DNA of 64,000 nt from Takakia lepidozioides (lineage: Eukaryota > Plantae > Bryophyta), in NCBI GenBank assembly GCA_030704615.1, contig CM060731.1, positions 84,320,001 through 84,384,000 of the forward strand, read 5' to 3'. The notes beneath the pieces were generated by a model. The model worked only from the letters and a program-made list of their open reading frames with translations, ran no database searches and was not told the DNA's origin. The position numbers were made by a program, and so were the translations under genes. Shown here one piece after another: positions 1-11,829 of this stretch (positions are counted from its first letter, which is position 1; each line of letters starts with the position of its first letter).

Positions 1-675
1 TTGATGCGCGCGCCTAACTCCCAACCTGGCCGCCGGACCAACTTGGAGCTTCGTCTGCTCACCGGGGCATAACGGTCCCCCTTTGAACTCCCAAAGAACC
101 CTCCACCGATTTGGAACCAGCGGGAATTCCCTTTGGTAGTTGGCAGTCTGGAACAGCTCCCCACACTTTGGTCGCTTTCCGGCTCACTCGCTTACTCACT
201 AGTTTTTGGTCACCAACGGGCTTGCACCATTCTCGGGGTTACTACTCCCTATATATACTTCTGTAGCTGTCCGCAGGGGTTGCACAACCAGCCATGCCAT
301 TGTATGGCGAACCACCACGAAAACCCTCGACTCCCGGTGATGAGTCGCGGTGAGTCTTGGCCCACTCACCATGGCCCCTATGGACCGTGATGAGTCCCAA
401 GACTCCCCACGACTCCCACCACGAGGTCTCCGCCCCATGGTGAGTCCTATGCCACCCCCACTAAGTCCCGCTAAGCTACCACCACCCCTTGTGGAGCCAC
501 CCCCACCGCAACCTGGTGTGCGGGGCTCCACCTAGTGAGCACCTCCGCCTCCTTGAGTGCCTTGGGCACTCAAGGGTGCTTCAGCCCCCCATACCTATCG
601 CTGCCGCTGCCCCCACCACAGGGGCAGCCCCTCATGTGTCCCAACCCCCTGCCCTCAAGGCAAAGGGCCGCGACA
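1..675 (-). repeat. 3' LTR (subtype A) of Gypsy copy 1; starts before the window
   Basis: Near-identical to 6925-7652, 27941-28756 and, inverted, 36661-37197. Confidence 0.93.
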
Positions 676-1569
676 CACACCCCTACCAACAAGGAGTCGA
701 TGTCCTCATCGACTTGTCCATTTTGTAGAAACGAACATCCAAGATGTGGCGTCCCACATCAAGGAGTTTGTTTCCGTACCTTGGCGTCCCATGGCAAAAA
801 ACCAAATCCCACACTTGACTGTACTCTCCACTAGCTAGTTCGGCCGACTTCCTCCAAGTCCCGGCCAGGGGTGGAGCCTCTCAAGCTCCTCCCAGTGCAC
901 TCTTCTTGGCCTTCTTCAAGGTCAAGGAACAATCCTCCCCGAGGATCGAATCGCCTTACTGCAACAACATTGCTTGCGATCGCTCCTGATACCGCTTTGG
1001 CATCACTTTGAGCAAGGGTTCACCTCGAACCCCCTTTGACTAGGAAGATAACCTTGAACCAACCGTGCGCCCCAATCACTACAATTGGGTCCGTCTTGGA
1101 ATGTTGGCCTGAGGTACGGGAACACGTCGAAGCCGCACTACGACTTCGTCCTGAGGCTACACGATTATAGTACGTGAACGGAAGCACATAGCTTCCGCGT
1201 TAGCCCGCACTACAAGGCAACCACCTCTGTAGCGCAGTTATAGTACGCGCACGCGCCAGGTGGCACTAGCACGTGAACTCCCAAAGAAGGCGCATGTTCC
1301 TTGCCCCTTGGATGGGAGTCACCCGATTTCGGCACTGCGCAAACACACGATTAACCCAATTTACCTCTCCCACTTTTGTAAGCTAGCATGCATTCTACAC
1401 ACTAGCCAACCACACCATGCATGACCATTCCAAACAAAATAGGACACACAACATTTGGAACCCATTTCCTTTATAACAAATTTTGTACAATACAAGTTTT
1501 TGCAATCGGATTCCTGAGCTAGCTAAGCGGGCTAAGCATGCGTTTCCCCCCCACGCTCCAAGGTTGATG

Positions 1570-4500
1570 TCCCCATCAACGCTTCTTCCGCTTTTGAGGT
1601 CGCCCTTCGAAAACTGCAACAGCCTCGGATGCGTTTCCCATTTCTGAGGCACGCACCCAGATGCCTCCACATGATGATAGCCCTTCCATTTGACGAGATA
1701 CTCTGTTTCTCGGTTCTTGAACCTCCTCGACTTAAGTACTGCCTCCACCTCGTACTCAGGTTCATTTTCATGATCCAATGCACAGGTGGCGGACGCAACA
1801 CTGATGCCGATTCGGACGCGCTTCATCTTTGAAGTAAGGCTTCAAAAGAGAGACGTGAAATACTGGATGCACCTTGCTGTTTGCCGGTAGCTCCAATTCA
1901 TACACATCCTCATTCATAACCTTCCGGATGCGAAAGGGTCCCGCATACGGAGGTACAAATTTTGGACTCACTTCCGGAGGTAGTCGAAAATTCTTGATGT
2001 TCAACTAGACCTCCGTGCCTGCCTCAAACTTCACTTCCCTCCGCTTCCGATTCGCCTGCCTTTATACCGTTTCCTTGCTTTGGCATTGTTGTATTTTGCG
2101 AGCTTCAACAAATGCTCGCGTTCTTTCAGTACCGCCGCTACTGCGGTTCCTCAACGTCTTGGGCGGCCAACTTGTCGGCACCAGAGGTGCTTTTCCATAG
2201 ACCAATACGAAAGGGGAAACTCCCATTGCGGAGTGTTCTGTGTTATTATAACAGAACTCTACCGCGTCTGAGTGTTCCACCCAGTCTGATTGGTCTGCCT
2301 ACACGTAATTCCGCAAGATCTGCTTCACTACGGAATTCACTCTTTCCGTTTGGCCGTCGGTCGTAGGTCGGAAGGCGTGCTCATCTTCAGCCTCGTCCCC
2401 ATCTTCTTCCAAAGTGTTCTCCAAAATTACTCGTAAACTTTGGATCGCGGTCCGAGACAATATCCTTCGGGACTCCATGATGTTTTAAGACGTGGGCGAA
2501 GTAAAGTCGCCCGTCTCTGCGCCGTTGCCGTCTCCTTGGTGGGGATGAAATGGCCCATTTTACTGAACCTATCCACCACCATCATGATTGCATCGAATCC
2601 TTTTGACAGCGGCATAGCAGTCATGAAATCCATCGAGACGCTTTCCCAAATCCCCTCTGGAATCGGCAAGGGTTGTAACAGCCCCGCTTGCTTTTTGTAC
2701 TTGCTCCGGTTTTGTTGGCATGTGGTGCATGTCTTGACATACTCCTCTGCCTCCTCCCTCAGTTTGGGCGAGAAATACTCTTTCTTCAAGAGTGCCACAG
2801 TGCGCTTGGCTCCGCCGTGACCGCAAGCGGGCTATCATGGCATTCTCTCAAGAGACTATCTCTGATCCCTCCCTTCGGCACGTAGAGACGCTTTTGCTTA
2901 TACCGGAGCAGTCCATTTTGCAAGTGGAATTGCGATTTAACCCCCCTCCTCAAGTCGTGCATCACGGACTTCGCCAGCTCATCCTTCTGGCAAGCCTTCC
3001 GGATCTTCCTTTGGAGCGCCGTCTCGCCCCTATACACCAACAGGAGCTGCTGCTTTCTACTTAAAGCATCAGCCACCACATTGTCACATCTTGGTTTGTA
3101 TTGGATATCCACGTCAAACACTGCCAAAGTATCTTGCCACCTAAGTTGTTTTGGGGACAACTTGGGCTGCGTGGCAAAATACTTCACCGTGACATTGTCC
3201 GTGAACACCTTCACTGGGTTGGAACCAACATAGTGGCGCCAAAGCTCAAGACAGTGCACCACCGCCTTCATCTATTTCTCGTGCGTCGGCCACCGTCGCT
3301 CCACTTCGTTCAGTTTCTTACTTTCGTAAGCCACTGGACATCCATCTTGCATCAGTACACCCCCAATCGCAAAGTCCAACGCATCTGTATGAATCTCGAA
3401 CGGCCGATCGAACTCCGGGATTTTCAAGACTAGAGCTTCCGCCATCCGCTGCTTCAATTCAGCAAAAGCTTGGCCACACAAGGTGTCCCATACCCATACT
3501 TTGGATTTACACAGAAGGTCTGACAACGGCCCCGCGATCTTAGCGAAATTTCTTACATACTTCCGGTAATAGGAGGCGAGTCCTAGGAAGGATCGCACTC
3601 CCGGGACCGAAGTCGGAGGCTCCCAGTCCAAGATCGCCCTCACCATTCTGTCATCCATTTTGATCCCATCCTCTGTAATCACATGCCCCAGGAACTCCAC
3701 TTTTGTGACCCCGAATTCGCACTTTGAAGCTTTGGCATACAGCTTCCCTTCCCGCAATTTCTGGAACACCCTTTTGAGGTGCTCCAGGTGCTCCTCCTTT
3801 GTTTGTGAATACACCAAGATGTCGTCGATGTACACGATCACAAAGTCATCCAACCACTCCTGGAAAAGGTTGTTCATCAGCGTGCTAAAGGTCGCGGGTG
3901 CATTGGTGAGCCCAAAAGGCATCACCAAGAACTCATATGAACCATACCTTGTCCTGCACGCGGTCTTCTCGTCATCTCCTTCCGCCACTCGAATTTGATG
4001 ATAGCCGGAGCGCAGATCGATCCTGCTGAAATACTTTGCTCCTGCGAACCGATCAAAAAGGTTGTCGATCCTTGGCAAAGGATACCGGTTTTTGATAGTC
4101 ACCTTATTCAAAGCCCTGTAATCGACACACATCCACAGCGTCCCATCCTTCTTGTCTGCGAATAGCACCGGGGCTCCGTAAGGTCACTTACTCGGCCGGA
4201 TGTACCCCTTTGACATTAGATCTTTGAGCTGAGTCTTCAGCTCGACCAACTCTCTGTGGCTCAACCGGTAGGGCGCCTTGGCAGACGGTTCCGATCCTGG
4301 TATCACATCAATCTTGTGGTCAGCTCCTCTTCGTGGTGGCAAGCCGCTTGGTAAATCCTCCGGCATCACATCCTGGTATCTCTCCAAAATCCCCTTGATC
4401 CAATCTGGCTCGGCTCCCCATCCCCTTCTCCCTTCACTTTCTAATGTAAAGCAAAAACTGGGGCTCATGTGCCTCCTCCACGGCCCACTCCCTTGCTGAT

Positions 4501-5128
4501 AGAAGGTTTATTCGTCCTCCCACGGGTTTGGGCGTTTCCAATACTCGTAAGACTTCGCCACCATCCACCAATGGTAGGGTGACTACTCTCTTGCGGCCAT
4601 CTATGACCGCTCCGGATTTGCTCAAAAAGGTCATCCCCAAAATGAGATCCACTCCATCGATCTCGCAAATGGTGAAGTTCTCACGTCCTTCCCATTTCCC
4701 CAGTTGAAGAGGGACATCGAACGTCAACCTCGTCGCCAATTGCGGTTCTCCTTTGGCAGAACGCCCCTCAATAGAGGCCCCCACGTCACTTGTCGGGAGT
4801 CCCAGCTTTTGTGCCGTTGCCGGTGTCATGAAGGAGTACGACGCTCTCGTGTCCACCAACAACGACACGTTAGTTTCGGATATTATCCCATCCACAAACA
4901 ATAACTGACTCCCTTTACGTAAGGCGCCAGTTTCCTGATACAACTCACAAGAAAATTTGCCTACCTTGCAAGTCCTGGCGACCACCGCTTCCACCAAGCG
5001 GCTGATGGTATCTTTCGATAGCTCTGTGGTCGCCCGAGTCATGTTCAATTGCCGGGGCTTTGTGCACTTCTTGGCCATGTGCCCGAGCTCCCCGCAATTG
5101 AAACACACTCCATCAAAGGTCGCCTTCT
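1570..5128 (-). pseudogene. pol: Gypsy pol (PR-RT-RH-IN-chromodomain), fragmented by stops and frameshifts
   Basis: ORFs 4434-5108, 4184-4468, 3272-4168, 2786-3271, 2427-2798, 1768-2004 and 1395-1826 carry successive pol motifs. The protease catalytic motif reads DTR instead of DTG. Confidence 0.92.
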
Positions 5129-5169
5129 CAGACGTCTATACAAATAGGATATCTGTAAAGTGCAGCAAT

Positions 5170-5530
5170 CACTACAACAAATTGGGGTTTTATGACTATT
5201 TTTTAGTCAGATCTGCCATTTATGACTACTGGGGCATGCTGAGATAAAAGCCTTGTTATGTCAGACATCAGTCATAATCCGTGGGAGAGTCATATGTGAC
5301 AGTCATAAATTTACCTTCATACGTGGCACTTCCGCGGCCCTCTTAGTCATTTAGTGGAGTCACAAATATGTCCTTGTATTCTTCTTCATTCATCCATTGA
5401 GTAGGGTACGTGGGGTTGGGTCTAGGCAATACGTGCATGGCTCGCGTGGGTACACCTATCGTTCACCAGCAAGTCAGAAATGACATTGTTATGACTGTCA
5501 TTGAGGACTGGATATCTGACGTCACCCAAT
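5170..5530 (+). mobile_element. CACTA (En/Spm) terminus with ATGACT/AGTCAT subterminal repeats
   Basis: CACTACAACAAAT at 5170 is followed by many TATGACT/AGTCATA motifs. The same 13-mer terminus occurs at 31138. Confidence 0.7.
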
Positions 5531-5534
5531 ATAG

Positions 5535-5632
5535 ATGGTGCTTATGCAGCCTCGTTGCATTGATTTTTTGACCAAGTGGTTTGAGCACTTCAAGGTTGCG
5601 GTGTGGTCGTGTGCGCAATCCCGGAACTTCAG
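5535..5632 (+). pseudogene. Fragment resembling an FCP1/NIF-type HAD phosphatase domain
   Basis: VLMQPRCIDFLTKWFEHFKVAVWSCAQSRN resembles the 'lRP..eFL....F.v.vWSsa..N' segment of NIF domains. Short and isolated. Confidence 0.45.
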
Positions 5633-6924
5633 TCACCTACTTGAAATTGACTATTCCGTGGACGAATCGTTTTGTGATCTCTCAACTGAGCCAGATGAGG
5701 AGTCTGCTTCATGGTCGTCGCAGACACTTCCATTTATAGGTTAACTAGTAGTTGTGTTAGTGTGTCGCCGTTTCTATAACAAATGGTCATGATTTTGCAC
5801 TGTCTACGTACAACTTGATTCTCATAGCCCTGAAAACTCTCAATCTGTAATCAACGCATTAATATATGCACCTACAGCAGCTGAAATGGACGCCCTCTGG
5901 TAGGTCGTCTCAAGACCGCTGAGGTCAACCTCGCCTTGAGCTACTGAAAAACTCGCTCCTGCACATCTTCCCACTGCCACTCCTAGTCCACGTCCCTGGT
6001 CAGCTTGATTATAGCCTTTTCAATAGCACTAAATCCCTTGACAGACCGTCGATAGTAGTTTGTCAAACCCATGAAATCTTGAACTAGGCTCACGTTCGTA
6101 GGGGGTGAAAGCATGCGCGGCAAAATTTGAGTCCATAAAAAAATCCATGGGAAGTACAATATGCAGCAAGCGAGAATGACGAGGCAAAAAGACGAATTAA
6201 TTTTAGCCGTTGATATTTTTTGTACATCAAACTGCAGCCGTCGATTAGAGGTCGGGTTCGTCGGGTATGTCGGTGGCTGGAAGATTAGTATGTTAGGCTA
6301 GAGTGGAAGTGCGGGAAAGCTAAGACTTGTCACAAGATGTTCTGACACATTGTGGACTGCAAAGTAAGACGCGTAAGTGGAAGCTGGGATGTACAAGTTA
6401 GGATGCAAGCTGAGAGTGCAAAGTTGGGTGAGGTAGGTGAATTGGATAGAGACACTGGTAAGAGATATTGATTTTTTGACCTAAATGGCAGGTGAGAAGG
6501 TAAGTGACACCTTAATTGTAGAGGTCGTGAGACCACCAAAGGAGCGACAGCTGAAGCGCCAGCCAAGGGTATTAAGGCCAGCCAGTGCTGCATTTTGCCG
6601 CCTCCATCTCTACCATGGACTCGGCAACAAAGAAAGTTTAGGGTTTAGGACCTTCAAATGTCTACCTCAAGTGCAATTCTATCTCTGCCTTTACCTCATC
6701 TACTCTACTGATAACTGTGGTGCTTGTTTCTCACATGAACTATGTAGCACGAACAGATTGTGTGGCATGTGGTCCCAAGTTGTCGTCGAACACAGTGAAT
6801 GCAAGAGTGTCAAACATATCATGAACATGCAACCAATTTGAAAAGACTAACCGACCTGCAAGGGAGTCAGATATATTCCCCCTGCGACTTAATGCTCATG
6901 AGTTAGCTGAAGACAGGGGGGTCG

Positions 6925-7652
6925 TGTCGCGCACCTCACTTCGGTAAGCTCCCCCCTCAAGTCATAGTTACTCGCCTGATGCGCGCGCCTAACTCCCAAC
7001 CTGGCCACCCGGGCCAACTTGGAGCTTTGGCTGCTCACCGAGGCATAACGGTCCCCCCTTTGGTCTCCCAAAGAACCCCCTCCAACGATTTGGAACCAGC
7101 AGAATTCCCTTTGATAGTTGGCAGTCCGGAACAGCTCCCCACTCTTTGGTCGCTTTCCGGCTCGCTCGCTTACTCACTAGTTTTTGGTCACAACGGGCTT
7201 GCACCGTTCTCGGGGTTACTACTCCCTATATATACTTCTGTAGCTGTCCGCGGGGGTTTCACAAACAACCATGCCATTTTATGGCGAACCACCACGAACA
7301 CCCTCGACTCCCGGTGATGAGTCGCGGTGAGTCTTGGCCCACCCACCACGGCCCCTATGGACCGTGATGAGTCCCAAGACTCCCCACGACTCCCACCACG
7401 AGGTCTCCGCCCCAGGGTGAGTCCTATGCCACCCCCACTAAGTCCCGCTAAGCTACCACCACCCCTTGTGGAGCCACCCCCACCGCAACCCGGTGTGCGG
7501 GGCTCCACCTAGTGAGCGCCTCCGCCTCCTTGAGTGCTTTGGGCACTCAAGGGTGCTTCAGCCCCCCATACCTATCGCTGCCACTGCCCCCACCACAGGG
7601 GCAGCCCTTCTTGTGTCCCGACCCCCTGCCCTCAAGGCAAAGAGCCGCGACA
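6925..7652 (-). repeat. 3' LTR (subtype B), 728 bp
   Basis: TGTCGCG at 6925 and CGCGACA ending at 7652; a PPT-like sequence is adjacent. Confidence 0.93.
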
Positions 7653-8569
7653 CGCACCCCTACCAACATGGAGTCGATATCCTCATCGGCTTGTCCATTT
7701 TGTGGAAACGAACATCCAAGTTGTGGCGTCCCACATCAAGGAGTTTGTTTCCGTACCATGGTGTCCCATGGCAAAGAACCAAACCCCACACTTGACTCTA
7801 CTCTCCACTAGCTAGTTCGGCCGACTTCCTCCAAGTCCCGGCCAAGGGTGGAGCCTCTCAAGCTCCTCCCAGTGCACTCTTCTTGGCCTTCTTCAAGGCC
7901 AAGGAACGATCCTCCCCGAGGATCGAATCGCCTTACTGCAACAACATTACTTGCGACCGCTCATGATGCCGCTTTTGGCATCACCTTGAGCAAGGGTTCA
8001 CCTCGAACCCTCTTTGACTAGGAAGATAACCTTGAACCAACCGCGTGCCCCAATCACTACAATTGGGTTCGCCTTGGAATGTTGGCCTGAGGTACGGGAA
8101 CACGCCGAAGCCGCACTACGACTTCGTCCCGAGGCTACACAATTATAGTACGTGAACGGAAGCACGTAGCTTCCGCGTTAGCTCGCACTACAAAGCAACC
8201 CCCTCGATAGCGCAGTTATAGTATGCGCACGCTCCAGGTGCGCACTAGCATGTGAACTCATAAAGAAGGCACAAGTTTCTTTGCCCCTTGGATGGGAGTC
8301 ACCCGATTTCGGCACTGCGCAAACACACGATTAACCCAATTTACCTCTCCCACTTTTGTAAGCTAGCATGCATTCTAAACACTAGCCAACCACACCATGC
8401 ATCACCATTCCAAACAAAATAGGACGCACAACATTTGGAACCCATTTCCTTTATAACAATTTTTTTTGTACAATACAAGTTTTTGCAATCGGATTCCTAA
8501 GCTAGCTAAGCCGGGCTAAGCATGCATTTCCTCCCCCACGTTCCAAGGTTCATGTCCCCATCAACGCTT

Positions 8570-11121
8570 CTTCCGCTTTTGAGGTCGCCCCTTGAAAACT
8601 GCAACCGCCTCGGATGCGTTTCCCATTTCTTAGGCACGCACCCAAGATGCCTCCACATGATGATAGCCCTTCCATTTGACGAGATACTCCGTTTCTCGGT
8701 TCTTGAACCTCATCGACTTAAGTACTGCCTCCACCTCCTACTCAGGTTCATTTTCATGATCCAACAGCGCAGGTGGCGGACGCAACACTTGATGCCGATT
8801 TGGACGCGCTTCATCTTTGAAGTAAGGCTTCAAAAGGGAGACGTGGAATACTGGATGCACCTTGTTGTTTGCCGGTAGCTCCAATTCATACACATCCTCA
8901 TTCATAACCTTCCGGATGCGAAAGGGTCCCGCATACGGAGGTACAAACTTTGGACTCACTTCCGGAGGTAGTCGAAAATTCTTGATATTCAACCAGACCT
9001 CCGTGCCTGCCTCAAACTTCACTTCCCTCCGCTTCCGATTCGCTTGCCTTTCATACCGTTTCCTCGCTTTGGCAATGTTGTACTTTGCGAGCTTCAACAA
9101 ACGCTCGTGTTCTTTCAGTATCGCCGCTACTGCCGGTTCCTCATCGTCCTGGGCGGCCCACCTTGTCGACACCAGAGGTGCTTTTCCATAGACCAATACG
9201 AAAGGGGAAACTCCCGTTGCAGAGTGTTCTGTGTTATTATAACAGAACTCTGCCGCATCTAAGTGTTCCACCCAGTCTGTTTGGTCTGCCGACAAGTAAT
9301 TCCACAAGATCTGCTTCACTACGGAATCACTCTTTCCGTTTGGCCGTCGGTCGTAGGTCGGAAGGCGGTGCTCATCTTCAGCCTCGTCCCCATCTTCTTC
9401 CAAAGTGCCCTCCAAAATTTACTTGTAAACTTTGGATCGCGGTCCGAGACAATATCCTTCGAGACTCCATGATGCTTTAAGACGTGGGCGAAGTAAAGTC
9501 GCCCTGTTTCCTGCGCCGTTGCCGTCTCTTTGGTGGGGATGAAATGGCCCATTTTACTGAACCTATCCACCACCACCATGATTGCATCGAATCCTTTGGA
9601 CAGCGGCATAGCAGTCATGAAATCCATCGAGACGCTTTCCCAAGTCCCCCTCTGGAATCGGCAAGGGTTGTAACAGTCCGCTTGCTTTTGTACTCGCTCC
9701 GGTTTTGTTGGCATATGGTGCATGTCTTGACATACTCCTCTGCCTCCTCCCTCAGTTTGGGCCAGAAATACTCTTTCTTCAAGAGTGCCGCAGTGCGCTT
9801 GGCTCCGTCGTGGCCCGCAAGCGGGCTATCATGGCATTCTCTCAAGAGGCTATCTCTGATCCCTCCCTTCGGCACGTAGAGATGCTTTTGCTTATACCGG
9901 AGCAGTTCATTTTGCAAGTAGAACTGCGATTTAACCCCCATCCTCAAGTCCTGCATCACGGACTTTGCCAGCTCATCCTTTCGGCAAGCCTTCCGGATCT
10001 TCCTTTGGAGCGTCGTCTCGCCCCTGTACACCAACAAGAGCTGCTGCTTTCTACTTAAAGCATCGGCCACCACGTTGTCCCGTCCCGGTTTGTACTGGAT
10101 ATCCACGTCGAACACCGCCAAAGTATCTTGCCACCTAAGTTATTTTGGGGACAACTTGGGCTGCGTGGCAAAATACTTCACTGTGACATTGTCCGTGAAC
10201 ACCTTCACTGGGTTGAAACCAACATAGTGGCGCCAGAGCTCAAGACAGTGCACCACCGCCTTCATCTATTTCTCGTGCGTCGGCCACCGTCGCTCCACTT
10301 CATTCAGTTTCTTACTTTCGTAAGCCTCTGGACGTCCATCTTGCATCAGTACACCCCCAATCGCGAAGTCCGACGCATCTGTATGAATCTCGAACAAACG
10401 ATCGAACTCCGGGATTTTCAAGACTGGAGCTTCGCCATCCGCTGCTTCAATTCAGAAAAGCTTGGCCACAAAAGGTGTTCCATGCCCAGACTTTAGATTT
10501 ACACAGAAGGTCTGACAGCGGCCCCGCGATCTTGGCGAAATTTCTCACATACTTCCGGTATTAGGAGGCGAGTCCTAGAAATGATCGCACTCCCGGGACC
10601 GAAGTCGGAGGCTCCCAGTCCAAGATTGCCCTCACCTTCCTGTCATCCATTCTGATCCCATCCTGTGTAATCACATGCCCCAGGAACTCCACTTTTGTGA
10701 CCCCGAATTCGCACTTTGAAGCTTTGGCATACCGCTTCCCTTCCCGCAATTTCTGGAACACTCTTTTGAGGTGCCAGGTGCTCCTCCTTGTTTTCGAATA
10801 CACCAAGATGTCGTCGATGTACACGATCACAAAGTCATCCAACCACTCCTGGAAAGGCTGTTCATCAGTGTGCTAAAGGTGCGAGAGCGTTGGTGAGTCC
10901 AAAGGCATCACCAAGAACTCATATGAACCATACCTTGTCCTGCACGCGGTCTTCTCGTCATCTCCTTCCGCCACTCGAATTTGATGATAGCCAGAGCGCA
11001 GATCGATCCGGCTGAAATACTTCGCTTCTGCCAACCGATCGAAAAGGTCGTCGATCCTTGGCAAAGGGTATTAGATCTTTGAGCTGAGTCTTCAGCTCGA
11101 CCAACTCTCCGTGGCTCAACC
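8570..11121 (-). pseudogene. pol: Gypsy pol 3' part (RT-RH-IN-chromodomain), degenerate
   Basis: ORFs 10873-11064, 10561-10842, 9615-10121, 9319-9723 and 8738-9415. There is a ~130-bp deletion near 11070 relative to copy 1. Confidence 0.9.
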
Positions 11122-11829
11122 GGGGGGGGTGCTATTCTGTGAGCCCGGAGGCGTGAGCCTGTGAGCCCAGGAAACCGTGAGCCCAGCACAGGCTCACGCC
11201 ACGTCAGCATACATACAGGGCCTATTTCCGCGGGTGTCACCTATTTCCGCGGGTTGATCAGCCATTTCCCGGGAATGCAGAGTGGATATGTTACATCCAT
11301 TGTATCCATTGCATCCATGCAGACGTTATCAACATACCAAGCCCTCACAAGTTTATGTGGGTACGTCGTGAGGAGGTGCACACTGACATGATCTAAAGCG
11401 GAACCCTGCGAAATCTTTTCTTACTCACCACCCTTGCGAACATGCCAGGTATGTGCGGGAGCATCATGGATGCTCATTAGATTTGAGAATGCCTCACAGC
11501 TCTTTGATGAGGTGGACTTCACCGTGATGGATTCACCAACCATTCTTCTAGCAGGAATGGTTTGGAGACCAACGAGCAACTGATGCGAGAATGCTCTACA
11601 CGAACCAAAGTCGTTTGTTTGTATTTGCAATGCACTCAAGTCTGTGAGGTCCAAAGAACACTAAATAGATTGAAGGAACAATCCGGGCAGTCCATGCAAC
11701 CCCCATCTCCAACAATAGTTTGTTCCCATTAATGTGCATTCCACGCACACATTGCAAACAGGACAACAAGGACACACAACCATCCTATTTCAATTTTGGC
11801 CCCGAATAAAACGAAAAGAAAACTTCATA

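Larger units (their letters stand above)
1..5128 (-). mobile_element. Ty3/Gypsy chromovirus-type LTR retrotransposon copy 1, 5'-truncated (3' LTR + pol)
   Basis: LTR at 1-675 ends in CGCGACA, next to a minus-strand PPT-like TGGTAGGGG. Minus-strand ORF fragments: zinc knuckle CFNCGELGHMAKKC, protease, RT ([10 protein letters not shown]), RNase H, integrase ([19 protein letters not shown]) and chromodomain (EYEVEAVL...EYLVKWKGY). Confidence 0.95.

Noticed and set aside
133-838. Proline-rich ORFs in the LTRs
   Set aside because: They come from GC-rich LTR sequence, occur in several overlapping frames and are disrupted differently among copies.
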